NCBI GenBank assembly: GCA_964461265.1
Contig: CAYWTS010000002.1
Location: 141,030 to 205,029 of the forward strand
Source: an uncultured Ignavibacteriales bacterium
Lineage (GTDB): Bacteria; Bacteroidota; Ignavibacteria; Tepidaquicellales; OLB5
Length of the DNA: 64,000 nucleotides
Direction: 5' to 3'
This document shows, piece after piece, positions 17,997 through 27,397 of this stretch. The notes under the pieces are model-generated. The model was not told the DNA's origin. It did no database searches and worked only from the letters and a program-made list of their open reading frames with translations. The position numbers and the translations under genes were made by a program. Numbering within the stretch: the stretch's first letter is position 1; each line of letters starts with the position of its first letter.

Positions 17997-18453
17997 TTAT
18001 CTTTAAATCCCGTACGCTTGTAAATTTGAATTCACCTGTCCCGCACACCGGCGGATTTATATAAATTCTGACCTCAAGCCAGATTTTACCGGCAGGTTTC
18101 GGAAAACTGAACATGTGGTGTCCGGGGACACCGCTTAAATCGACTGCTGAATACAGAAGATTATTAGTTGAAGTTTCATCGTTCCAGAATATTTTTACAA
18201 ATGAGCCATTGCTGTTAGTATTTCCCTCAAAATCTACTTTTATGTTGTAGATTCCGGTCAAATCAAGTGTATCCGTAAAATACCGCTTAGTATCCGGAAC
18301 ACATTGGGTGACATGAGCACTATCTACTAAACCCGGCTTTTCGAAAATAAGATTTTCGGTAACCGGTTGTGTTGCATCATGGTTACAGGAGGCAATAAAA
18401 ATTAAAATTAGTATATGATAAAAATATTTAATTATTTTAATATTAATATGTTT
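17983..18453 (-). CDS. small lipoprotein; start codon unresolved
   Basis: The ORF track starts at TTG 18261. The frame stays open to 18453 and there encodes KHINIKIIKYFYHILILIFIASC, a textbook lipoprotein signal peptide and lipobox, with no ATG/GTG/TTG (only ATT/ATA). The 3' end overlaps the miaB start by 14 nt. Confidence 0.5.
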   Translation of the reverse strand, partial: KHINIKIIKYFYHILILIFIASCNHDATQPVTENLIFEKPGLVDSAHVTQCVPDTKRYFTDTLDLTGIYNIKVDFEGNTNSNGSFVKIFWNDETSTNNLLYSAVDLSGVPGHHMFSFPKPAGKIWLEVRIYINPPVCGTGEFKFTSVRDLKINAVN

Positions 18454-18602
18454 TTAAACTACATTAACCTAAATAAGGGCTGTAACCTCTTATTCAATAA
18501 TATATACCTTAAACAAAATATTCTTTTTTAAAACAATAATTTAAAAAATTATTAAAAATGGGATTCACGCATACGCGGGAAAGAGTTCTGTAACATCAGT
18601 TA

Positions 18603-20507
18603 CTAATTATCCTCAACAACTTTCTCTTTTGTAAAGAAGAACTCTCGTATTATCGATGCCAGACCTTTGCCGTCCATTCGTAATTCTTCGTATAACTCTT
18701 CGGGAGTTGCATGTTCTACAAATCTATCGGGCAAACCATGAACAATAAGTTCAACATCTCTAATACTATTCTGGTTCATAAACTCAAGCACTGCCGAGCC
18801 AAAACCTCCGGTAATTACATTATCTTCAATAGTCAGAACTTTCTTGTGTCTGGAAAAAACATTTTTAAGAAGCTCCCCGTCAAGAGGTTTTACAAACCGT
18901 GCGTTAACAACTTCTGCACCTATGTTTTCCTTAGCTAACTCTTTCTTAGCCTCCATTGCCATTTGAACCATGGTGCCGATTCCAATAATAGCAACATCAT
19001 CGCCCTTCTCAATAATTTCACCCTTGCCTATTTCAAGCCGAGTGAAAGGTTTTAAATCAACCCCTATTGCATTACCGCGCGGATACCTTATAGCAATCGG
19101 ACCTTTCTTATATAATGTTGCTGTATAAAGCATATCACGAAGCTCCTGCTCGTCCTTCGGTGACATTATAACCGAACCCTGGATGCATCTGAAATAACTC
19201 AGGTCAAGGGAACCGTGATGTGTGGGACCATCGGATCCAACAAGACCTGCTCTATCCATAACAAATACAACAGCAAGTTTTTGTATTCCCACATCATGTA
19301 CAATCTGGTCAAATGCTCTCTGGAGAAAAGTTGAATATATCGCACAAACAGGAGTGTATCCTTCGGTGGCAAGTCCTGCTGCAAATGTTACAGCATGCTG
19401 TTCAGCAATACCGACATCAAAATATCTTTCGGGCATAGCTTTCTGTAATATGTCCAAACCTGTGCCGTCGGGCATGGCAGCTGTAATACCTATAACTTTT
19501 TCATTCTCTTTACATATCTCAACAAGTGCTTCACCGAATATTTTAGTGTAAGAAGGTTTGGATCCGGGTTTCTTTTCCGCTACACCGGTTAATTTATCCC
19601 AGGGAGTTGAAGCATGAAACTTCTGATAATGATTTTTTGCAGGTTCATAACCTCTACCTTTTTCAGTGACAACGTGAAGCAGTATTGGGACATTCAGGTT
19701 TTTAATCTCTTCCATTATCTTAACCAGGTTAACAATATTATGGCCGTTAACAGGACCGAAATATCTGAATCCAAGTGCTTCGAACATCATACCGGGTGTT
19801 AAAACACCTTTTATGCCTCCAACCACTTTCGAAGTTAAATGCCTGAGCCGGTCACCTATCTTTTTATCGAGCTTTCCAGTGGCGTCCCATACATAATTTC
19901 TGAATTTATTATATGAAGGATTTGCAAGGAACTCATTGAAATAATTATGCAGTGCCCACCGGTTAGGTGCAATCGACATCTTGTTATCGTTCAATACTAC
20001 TATCAAATCCTTTTTTAACAAGCCGATATTGTTCATAGCTTCGTAAGCCATCCCGCCGGTCATTGCTCCATCGCCTATTACAGCAATCACTTTAAAATTT
20101 TTCTTCTGAAAATCACGTGCAGTAGCTATCCCCAGAGCTGCTGAAAGCGACGTACTTGCATGTCCTGCACCGAACACATCATATTCGCTTTCTGAACGCT
20201 TTAAAAAACCGCTTATTCCGCCTTTTTGCCTTATAGTTTTTAATTGTTCCCTGCGTCCTGTAAGTATTTTATGAATATATCCCTGATGCCCAACATCCCA
20301 AAGAATTTTATCTGTAGGTGTATCAAATACATAATGCAGCGCTGCCGTAAGCTCTACTACACCGAGCGATGCACCAAGATGCCCGCCGATTTTCGATATG
20401 GTATCTACAAGGTAATCCCTAAGCTCACCAATCAATATTTTAAGCTCGGTTAAATTGAGTTTCTTAAGGTCAGCGGGTGAATTGATTGAATCTAAATATT
20501 TATACAC
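18603..20507 (-). CDS. dxs: 1-deoxy-D-xylulose-5-phosphate synthase
   Basis: 634 aa. GHLGASLG, TPP motif GDGAMTGGMAYEA, full-length Dxs-like. Confidence 0.96.
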   Translation of the reverse strand: MYKYLDSINSPADLKKLNLTELKILIGELRDYLVDTISKIGGHLGASLGVVELTAALHYVFDTPTDKILWDVGHQGYIHKILTGRREQLKTIRQKGGISGFLKRSESEYDVFGAGHASTSLSAALGIATARDFQKKNFKVIAVIGDGAMTGGMAYEAMNNIGLLKKDLIVVLNDNKMSIAPNRWALHNYFNEFLANPSYNKFRNYVWDATGKLDKKIGDRLRHLTSKVVGGIKGVLTPGMMFEALGFRYFGPVNGHNIVNLVKIMEEIKNLNVPILLHVVTEKGRGYEPAKNHYQKFHASTPWDKLTGVAEKKPGSKPSYTKIFGEALVEICKENEKVIGITAAMPDGTGLDILQKAMPERYFDVGIAEQHAVTFAAGLATEGYTPVCAIYSTFLQRAFDQIVHDVGIQKLAVVFVMDRAGLVGSDGPTHHGSLDLSYFRCIQGSVIMSPKDEQELRDMLYTATLYKKGPIAIRYPRGNAIGVDLKPFTRLEIGKGEIIEKGDDVAIIGIGTMVQMAMEAKKELAKENIGAEVVNARFVKPLDGELLKNVFSRHKKVLTIEDNVITGGFGSAVLEFMNQNSIRDVELIVHGLPDRFVEHATPEELYEELRMDGKGLASIIREFFFTKEKVVEDN

Positions 20508-20515
20508 TGAAGTAA

Positions 20516-20749
20516 TTATTTTTGATAATTTTTAATTTCTAAATCTCCGTTTGCCGAATTTGTAATTTCTTTTATCCTTAGCTCAGCTTTGCTCAGTTTA
20601 TCATAACAAAATTTTGTAAGCTTCAGCCCTTCTTCATAAAGTTCAATCGTTTCCTCAAGAGAAACATTTTCGCTTTCAAGCTTCTCAAGTATTTGCTCAA
20701 GACGCGTAAACGAATTTTCAAACGTATTTTCAGCTTTTTTCCTTGCCAA
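20516..20749 (-). CDS. xseB: exodeoxyribonuclease VII small subunit
   Basis: 77 aa. FENSFTRLEQILEKLE...SLEETIELYEEG is typical. Adjacent to xseA. Confidence 0.9.
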   Translation of the reverse strand: MARKKAENTFENSFTRLEQILEKLESENVSLEETIELYEEGLKLTKFCYDKLSKAELRIKEITNSANGDLEIKNYQK

Positions 20750-20758
20750 GTTTTTAAA

Positions 20759-22000
20759 TTATTTTATTCTTGCAGGTAACTTTTTATCATAAAATTCAAT
20801 TTCCACATCATCTTCCTTTTTAAGCATCGAAGCCCTCGGGATAATTTTTCCTTTATCTGCATTTTCGAATAAAGCCGGTTGTTTATAATGTCTTATAAGC
20901 GTATAACCTTTTTTCAGGTTGTTTACGGGATTAATGTGAAACAGCGTCTTCCCGATATGGTCTAAATGGCTTTTTAAAAACTTAAGTTTTTCTTTTAAAT
21001 CCGAATCAAGTTTTTTTGACAGTTCATCGAGTCTCTGGTAATAATTATTTATTAAATCTTTTGGCCGCTTAAAATAATAGCTGTTTTCGACCTCTTTTAC
21101 CGAATTTTGCAGATTTATTAATTTATTTTGAACAAAACTTCTGCTAAAATAAGAAAATTTGTCAATATTCTCAATCAACTGATTTATATCCGGGGTAATA
21201 AGTTCTGCAGCTGCTGATGGGGTCGGCGCACGTAAATCAGCAACAAAATCACAAATAGTATAGTCAACCTCATGGCCAACAGCACTCACGATAGGTATTT
21301 TACAATTAAAAATAGCTTTTGCCAGTGCTTCATCGTTAAAAGGGTATAAATCTTCAAATGAACCCCCGCCGCGGGTAATAACAATAATATCTATTTTTGG
21401 AATTATTTCTTTTTTAGACAGATTCTGAATATCTTTTAATGCTTCTATTACAGATGGAGGTGCTTCTTTACCCTGTACAATAACTGGGTAAATATATAAT
21501 TGTAATACGGGGTATCTTCTGCGTATTATATTTATAAAATCCTGTAATGCCGCACCGGTTCTGGATGTTATTACAGCCAGGGTTTCAGGAAATTCTGGAA
21601 TCGGCATTTTATGAGATTCATCAAACAATCCTTCTTCCAGCAGCTTTTGTTTAAGCTTTTCAAACCGCAGCTGAAGTTCACCAATGCCCTGAGGTTTTAT
21701 TTCCCACACATCAACCTGGTAGGTTCCCCTGCCAGGATAAACGGTAATTCTGCCCTTAACTACCACCTGCATGCCGTCTTCGGGAGTAAATGGCAGGTTC
21801 AGGTTACGTGCTTTCCACATTACAGCCTGTATTTGCGCATTTTCATCTTTGAGTGTAAAATAATAATGCCCTGATTGGTGATGAATCTTAAAATTCGAAA
21901 TCTCTCCCATAACCTGCACAAAATTAAATTTCTCCTCAAGATGGAACCTGATTTGTGCTGTAAGCTCGGATATAGTTAATATGTTTTGTAGTTCAGTCAT
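20759..22000 (-). CDS. xseA: exodeoxyribonuclease VII large subunit
   Basis: 413 aa. N-terminal OB fold (VMGEISNFKIHHQSGHYYFTLKD), catalytic core and C-terminal coiled coil. Confidence 0.93.
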   Translation of the reverse strand: MTELQNILTISELTAQIRFHLEEKFNFVQVMGEISNFKIHHQSGHYYFTLKDENAQIQAVMWKARNLNLPFTPEDGMQVVVKGRITVYPGRGTYQVDVWEIKPQGIGELQLRFEKLKQKLLEEGLFDESHKMPIPEFPETLAVITSRTGAALQDFINIIRRRYPVLQLYIYPVIVQGKEAPPSVIEALKDIQNLSKKEIIPKIDIIVITRGGGSFEDLYPFNDEALAKAIFNCKIPIVSAVGHEVDYTICDFVADLRAPTPSAAAELITPDINQLIENIDKFSYFSRSFVQNKLINLQNSVKEVENSYYFKRPKDLINNYYQRLDELSKKLDSDLKEKLKFLKSHLDHIGKTLFHINPVNNLKKGYTLIRHYKQPALFENADKGKIIPRASMLKKEDDVEIEFYDKKLPARIK

Positions 22001-22049
22001 AAAACTAATTTAAACAAAAGGAAGCTGCTCATGTCCAAATAAATATATT

Positions 22050-23489
22050 TTATTTCGTAAAATCAATTACAAGATTATCTATCAACCAGCCTCCCCGTAT
22101 CCTTACTATCGAAGGATATACAAAGAACGGCTCTGAAAATCTGAAAGGATACGCTTCTCCGTAATCATATTCTTCGTTACCGTTTAAATCGAGAAATGCA
22201 AATATTGTATATTCACCTTCCAATATCTTTTGCATGGTAATGGAAGTATCCGCTGAGTGAAACAAATATTGTATTTCTGGTTTTGCATCCTTTGCTGTTA
22301 TTCTAACAACAACCGGAATAACAATTCCTGTATCCTGATAAATGGGCTTTATTATGCGGGAATATATTTCCCCAAATGAATTTTGTGATGCAGTTTTAAA
22401 TGTGAGATTGTAGTTATATATGCTGTCGTTTGATGTTTTAATCTTCATTTCAAGCTTATACGCTTTGCTTATTTCAAATCCAGCGGAAGCAAAAGCCTCA
22501 ATAAGTGAATCGTTAATCCAGTTGATTACAAATTTGACAGGATTATCTTTTTCATCTTTTAAATAAATATTACCTGAAAGCGCTTCCCTTGAAGGTTTAT
22601 ATTTATTGAAGAAGAGAAAAATACTTTGCTCAGGCAGAAAATTCTTATAACCATCGTTTATAGACGAATAAATGATATTAAAACTATCTTTATAGTAATC
22701 TTTATAATTGTATTCTTTTTTTAAGCCTGTTTCCCGATCCCTGGAGTACATAAAAAAATTAAAGTTTGTTAAATTTGATGTGTCCGAAAGTAATATGTCG
22801 CTTTTAAGCACACCATAGTTTTCCCTGCCGGCAGTATATAAAAGATTTTTATCCTCATCATCAAATGTGATTATCCTGTATAATCCTTTCGAAAGGTTAG
22901 TAAAAGAATACCTTCCGGTTACAGAGGTTTCGGTAATGTAGTCAGCTTGATTGGTCGAAGGGTCAAACTCTTTGCTTGTATCGCTGAGTTTATAAGCAGC
23001 TACAGAAACTACCTTATCGGTATTAAAAACGTTTCCGCTGACAGATGCCGAATCGATATAACTCCCTGTTGAAAATGCAAAGCTGAAGGGAGCATCCAGT
23101 TTGTTGCCATGAAGATCGGTAAGTGTAGAATTAATAATAACAACATAAGTTTTTAAGTCACCCTGTTCGTTTAGTTTTTTTTCAAACTTAACATCAACTT
23201 CTTTACCGCCCCATTCAAAACTTATTTCACCCTTTGGTGAAGGAAAAATTTTAAATGCATCCTGAAAACTTCTTTTATCTACATATTCATTAAAACTAAA
23301 TCTGATTTTATTACCTTTAAAGTTAACCGACTCTTCCTTTGGATAAGTTAGCTTCACTTTAGGTGGTGTTTTATCTTCTTCCCCTCCGCCTGGAGGCTGC
23401 TGATTTGCACAAGCGAAAATAATTATTAAAAAACAATAAATTAGAATATTTAAAGTTTGATATATATTGATTTTATAATATCTTAACAT
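22050..23489 (-). CDS. lipoprotein with SbsA-Ig-like N-terminal domain
   Basis: 479 aa. Signal/lipobox IIFAC followed by ANQQPPGGGEEDKTPPKV, typical of Ig-like (Big_5) lipoproteins. Confidence 0.55.
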   Translation of the reverse strand: MLRYYKINIYQTLNILIYCFLIIIFACANQQPPGGGEEDKTPPKVKLTYPKEESVNFKGNKIRFSFNEYVDKRSFQDAFKIFPSPKGEISFEWGGKEVDVKFEKKLNEQGDLKTYVVIINSTLTDLHGNKLDAPFSFAFSTGSYIDSASVSGNVFNTDKVVSVAAYKLSDTSKEFDPSTNQADYITETSVTGRYSFTNLSKGLYRIITFDDEDKNLLYTAGRENYGVLKSDILLSDTSNLTNFNFFMYSRDRETGLKKEYNYKDYYKDSFNIIYSSINDGYKNFLPEQSIFLFFNKYKPSREALSGNIYLKDEKDNPVKFVINWINDSLIEAFASAGFEISKAYKLEMKIKTSNDSIYNYNLTFKTASQNSFGEIYSRIIKPIYQDTGIVIPVVVRITAKDAKPEIQYLFHSADTSITMQKILEGEYTIFAFLDLNGNEEYDYGEAYPFRFSEPFFVYPSIVRIRGGWLIDNLVIDFTK

Positions 23490-23572
23490 ATCACTAATTT
23501 AGGGGATTGCCTATACCCGTTTCTCCTACCATATTTGTAGTAGAAAGATAAAAAAACTTATGAGATAAAGTA

Positions 23573-24208
23573 ATGAAAATCGTTAATACATATCTCACTA
23601 TCTCGTTAGTAATATCTTTTTTGTTTTTCTCCGTTAATACTGGAACTTACGGACAAAATAATGGAGATATAGCTTTTACTCAGACTTATTATAATTATTC
23701 AGGAGATCCAAACGAACCTGTTAACGGATACTGGACTCTAAAAGATTTTAAAACAGAACGAAAAAGTGCTGGTTATTCTACTAAATGGGTAACACAACCT
23801 GAAAATTTAACAGTAAAAGGTCAATGGTTAGATTACCTAAAAATCAGGCATACTGTAAGCTGTAATTTTGAATGGCTGAAGCCACCAGCTAATTTAATTC
23901 CCGGTACAGATAACACTTTTAAAATTACATACAAAAATAACGAATATAGTACAACAGGCAAAGTAAAAATGGGAGTAAATGTTACTCTCGATAAGATAGG
24001 CAATACTGCAGGCAGCCAAGATTTAGAAACTATCGATATCATTAAACTGGTAAAGGGTTTTAATAACCATGAAACGGAAGATAAATATGGATTCTTTAAA
24101 ACTCCAAAGTATTACCGCGGCGATAACGAAACTATAGAATTGATTATAGATTGTTATCTGGAGAGCGACCACTATATAACAACTTACTACTATAAATGGA
24201 CTGAATAG
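23573..24208 (+). CDS. hypothetical secreted protein
   Basis: 211 aa with an N-terminal signal peptide. No family recognised. Followed by a clear terminator. Confidence 0.6.
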   Translation: MKIVNTYLTISLVISFLFFSVNTGTYGQNNGDIAFTQTYYNYSGDPNEPVNGYWTLKDFKTERKSAGYSTKWVTQPENLTVKGQWLDYLKIRHTVSCNFEWLKPPANLIPGTDNTFKITYKNNEYSTTGKVKMGVNVTLDKIGNTAGSQDLETIDIIKLVKGFNNHETEDKYGFFKTPKYYRGDNETIELIIDCYLESDHYITTYYYKWTE

Positions 24209-24258
24209 ATTTTTTTCTGCTAACTCAGCATAGCTGTATTCCCTACTAGCAGATGAAC

Positions 24259-24292
24259 GGGCTTAGGATAAATACTTAAGCCCATTTTTTTT
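24259..24292 (+). terminator. rho-independent terminator
   Basis: Stem GGGCTTA/TAAGCCC followed by a T8 run. Confidence 0.8.
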
Positions 24293-24350
24293 GGTTTTAT
24301 ATCATTTCCGCTAAAGCTGGAACCCATTTTTATACAAAAAAAGGGGGAGC

Positions 24351-24482
24351 TCATAAGCCAATTTCCTTACAGAAAATCTTTAACCGCACCTCTGTTGTAA
24401 ATTCACGACCGAGGATATCGTAAATTTTCAAGACCACCCCTGTCCCGGTAAATCGGAACTTCTTGTTAATAAATATATTCCA
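24351..24482 (-). pseudogene. remnant of a T9SS (Por) C-terminal sorting domain
   Basis: Minus-strand fragment ...FRFTGTGVVLKIYDILGREFTTEVRL... carries the characteristic vkLkvYDilGREv signature. It is bounded by a stop upstream and has no parent ORF. Confidence 0.4.
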
Positions 24483-24624
24483 TTACAAAATCTAACTGCA
24501 ATAAATAAATCAATGCAAAACATTTTTAAAGCAGAGTGCCCCGATGTAACATCAGGGCACTGTATGAGGATATTGTGGAGTCAAATGGAAGTTGAGAAAG
24601 AACTTTTCATAACTTCACCCCCAT

Positions 24625-24649
24625 CCCCTCTCCATAATATGGAGAGGGG
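24625..24649. repeat. GC-rich perfect hairpin CCCCTCTCCAT-AAT-ATGGAGAGGGG (REP-like)
   Basis: 11-bp perfect stem read directly from the sequence, flanked by further partial complementarity (TCAC...GTGA). Confidence 0.7.
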
Positions 24650-24679
24650 AGTTAGAGGAGTGAGAGAAACCCTTTTTTA

Positions 24680-24803
24680 GCAGGCTATTACGGAACGAGT
24701 CCCGCCGGGGTCATATTATTTAACATGATGGGCGGTGAACGAAGCAATCCCGTGGTCGGTAGGATTGATTCGTGACGTCAAAACTCGCTCCGCAGCAGCC
24801 TGC
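24680..24803. ncRNA. candidate structured RNA (three-way junction), family and strand unknown
   Basis: Closing helix GCAGGCT/AGCCTGC plus (G)AACGAGT/ACTCG(C)TC. Encloses hairpins CCGCC..TCAT/ATGA..GGCGG and ACGAAGCAATCC/GGATTGATTCGT. Locally GC-rich in an AT-rich, convergent intergenic region downstream of ftsZ. Confidence 0.3.
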
Positions 24804-24837
24804 ATTTCAATTCAGGTTATTGTAATCTGTCTTTATG

Positions 24838-26079
24838 TTAATCCATTTGCCTTCTTAAGAATGCAGGTTTATCTTCATTCTCTATGTTCAGGTCTTCGCC
24901 GAAATCAAGATCTATTATTTCATCACCGCTTTTAGCACGTATTTGCTTAAGTTCGTCCTGCAGCAAATGTTTCCTCTGAACCGTAGGAATATCATAATTT
25001 TTTAATTCCTGGTTCGTTGTTGGGATTTTGAGTATCATATCGTCTGTATTATCTATTAATAAATTCTTTGTTTTCACCGTCTCATCGGCACCGGGGTATG
25101 TGTTGAGCACTTTTTGTGCAGCTGCATTAAACCCGGTTGCGATAATTGTTACAATTATCTCGTCCTCAAGCTTATCATCGGTTACCACACCCCAAATCAG
25201 CTTGCTGTATTCCCCCGCAGTCTGTTTGATTAGGTCGGTCATATTCTTGAGCTCCGAAATCTTGAAGTTGGTATCGGCGATAATATTAAGCAGTATCGAC
25301 TTGGCGCCTTTAATAGTAATTCCTTCAAGAAGCGGGTTATCGATAGCTTCTGCGGTAGCATTAATCGATTTATTCTCACCTTTAGCATAACCTATACCCA
25401 TTAATGCATCACCCATATCACGCATAATTGTCTTGACATCAGCAAAATCCACATTAACCTTACCGCGTTTTGTTATTATATCCGAAATACCTCTTGTAGC
25501 ATTGTACAGCACGTCATCAACCTTCCTGAAACAGTTTTCGAAAGTCATATCTTTTTCAAACAAACTAAGAAGCCTCTCATTCGGTATAACGATACACGAA
25601 TCGACTTCTTGTTTAAGCCGTTTTAATCCTTCTTCAGCAATACTTATTCTATCGTTGCCTTCAAATTCGAACGGTTTTGTAACTATACCCACAACAAGTG
25701 AACCCGTTCCTTTAGCAATTCTGGCTACTGCAGGTGCTCCGCCTGTTCCTGTTCCGCCGCCCATACCGGCTGTAATAAACACCATATCCGAGCCTCGTAT
25801 AACCGATTCAATTTCTTCTCTTGTTTCTTCTACTGCTTTTGCACCTTTAGTATCATCCATACCGGCACCAAGCCCATTGGTTGTGTTTCTCCCAATTTGT
25901 ATCTTTATATCCGATTTGTTTTTTTCAAGGTCCTGTATGTCGGTATTCAAAGCAATAAAATCAACACCATCAAGACCTTTATCTATCATGTTGTTGATAG
26001 CATTGCCTCCTGCACCGCCCACACCGATAACCTTTATCTTGGCACCAAACAGACTGTCGGTAACTAATGTAATTGACAT
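24838..26079 (-). CDS. ftsZ: cell division GTPase FtsZ
   Basis: 413 aa. GGGTGTGGAP tubulin signature; C-terminal conserved peptide DKPAFLRRQ. Confidence 0.97.
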   Translation of the reverse strand: MSITLVTDSLFGAKIKVIGVGGAGGNAINNMIDKGLDGVDFIALNTDIQDLEKNKSDIKIQIGRNTTNGLGAGMDDTKGAKAVEETREEIESVIRGSDMVFITAGMGGGTGTGGAPAVARIAKGTGSLVVGIVTKPFEFEGNDRISIAEEGLKRLKQEVDSCIVIPNERLLSLFEKDMTFENCFRKVDDVLYNATRGISDIITKRGKVNVDFADVKTIMRDMGDALMGIGYAKGENKSINATAEAIDNPLLEGITIKGAKSILLNIIADTNFKISELKNMTDLIKQTAGEYSKLIWGVVTDDKLEDEIIVTIIATGFNAAAQKVLNTYPGADETVKTKNLLIDNTDDMILKIPTTNQELKNYDIPTVQRKHLLQDELKQIRAKSGDEIIDLDFGEDLNIENEDKPAFLRRQMD

Positions 26080-26139
26080 TATAAATTTCCCCTTTCACTT
26101 CCCTAATAGGAAATAAGTTTATAAATATATTTAAATTGA

Positions 26140-27396
26140 TTAAAGTTCATCAAACCATTGTTTAATTCTGTGTAAAATATTTTTCACGCCCGGTTTTCGT
26201 TTTCCTCGTTTTTTTGTAGAGCTTCGCTGCATCAAATATTTCATCCTATGCAGTATAAGCCCGATACCGGTAGCATAAATCGGGCTTTCCACTTCCTTTA
26301 CCAGTCCTCCGCCGGCAAAATCCTGCGGAATACCGAGATTTACTTCTGTACCGAGAACCTGTGCAGCAAGTTCACGCGTTCCTTTTAGCAAAGAACCGCC
26401 GCCTGTAATTACCACACCGGCAGGCAGGTAATTTTCGATGCCCGAGCGTTTTATCTCCTGTGCAGCAAGTATGAAAAGCTCTTCCATCCTTGCCTGTATT
26501 ATCCTTGAAATAATGCTTTTATTTATTTTTAAAGGTTTTCTTCCTTTAATACCCTGTATCACAACAACATCGTCATTAATTATTTCCGAGATTACTGCAT
26601 AGCCATATTCACGTTTTGCTTTTTCGGCTTCACGTTCATCTATGCCGAGGGTTTCGCTGATGTCGTTAGTAACCTGGCTGCCGGCTATGCCAATACCCGC
26701 TGTATGCTTGATTACTCCTTTTTTAAATACCGCAATATCGGTCGTCCCCCCGCCGATATCTATCATTGCCACGCCGACTTTCTTTTCCGACTCATTCAAA
26801 ACAGCATAAGATGAAGCCAGCGGTTCAAGAACAAGATCGTCTATATCCACACCTGCTGAGTTTACACAATTCGAAAGGTCATCGATTTGTGAAACAAGTC
26901 CTGTAATTATATTCACTTTCGCTTCCATTCTAAGCCCGAACATACCAACTGGGAGATCGAATATTCCGTCTTTGCCATCAATTATAAATTCCTGGGCTAT
27001 AACGTCAATTATCCTTTCATCTTTTGAAAGCCTAAGGCTTTTTGCACTTTCGTAAAGGCGTTCTACATCTTCCTCAGCTATTATCCTGTCAGGATGCGAA
27101 ATAGCCACAATACCTTCCGATTGTATGCATCTTACGTGGGGTCCTGCTATACCAACAGTTACCGATTCTATTTCTAAGCCGGATTTTTGTTCAGCTTCTT
27201 TCAAAGACAATTTAATCGATTCAATAGCATTGCCGGGATTAACCACCATACCTCTTGAAAGCCCTTTTGAGGGAGCCTTTCCTACACCTATTATATCAAG
27301 CTTGCCGTCTTCCCTGAGCTTTGCTACAATTGTGCAGATCTTTGTTGTTCCAACATCAAGACCTACAATAATATGGTCAGCATCTTTTTTTAACAT
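26140..27396 (-). CDS. ftsA: cell division protein FtsA
   Basis: Actin-like ATPase (VGLDVGTTKI, DIGGGTTDIAVF). Start placed at the ATG one nt after the ftsQ stop. The ORF track offers an alternative start at 27429. Confidence 0.93.
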   Translation of the reverse strand: MLKKDADHIIVGLDVGTTKICTIVAKLREDGKLDIIGVGKAPSKGLSRGMVVNPGNAIESIKLSLKEAEQKSGLEIESVTVGIAGPHVRCIQSEGIVAISHPDRIIAEEDVERLYESAKSLRLSKDERIIDVIAQEFIIDGKDGIFDLPVGMFGLRMEAKVNIITGLVSQIDDLSNCVNSAGVDIDDLVLEPLASSYAVLNESEKKVGVAMIDIGGGTTDIAVFKKGVIKHTAGIGIAGSQVTNDISETLGIDEREAEKAKREYGYAVISEIINDDVVVIQGIKGRKPLKINKSIISRIIQARMEELFILAAQEIKRSGIENYLPAGVVITGGGSLLKGTRELAAQVLGTEVNLGIPQDFAGGGLVKEVESPIYATGIGLILHRMKYLMQRSSTKKRGKRKPGVKNILHRIKQWFDEL

Positions 27397-27397
27397 A

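Noticed and set aside
24680-24803. Identification of the GC-rich element as SRP (4.5S), 6S, tmRNA or RNase P RNA.
   Set aside because: It lacks the signatures I know: no GGAA-tetraloop/AGCA helix-8 motif, no GAGGAAAGUCC P4 sequence and no tRNA-like ends. It is kept only as an unclassified candidate.
25433-26116. 227-aa plus-strand ORF antisense to ftsZ. Similar long antisense ORFs occur at 54966-55583 (phoU), 13686-14423 (GT2), 8730-9230 (atpH), 7008-7370 (atpB), 57435-57929 (pstC) and 60534-60917 (phoR).
   Set aside because: Each lies entirely inside a strongly supported gene on the opposite strand. Their composition is low-complexity and Ser/Ile/Leu-rich, and they contain no recognisable motifs. 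They are typical shadow ORFs created by codon bias.
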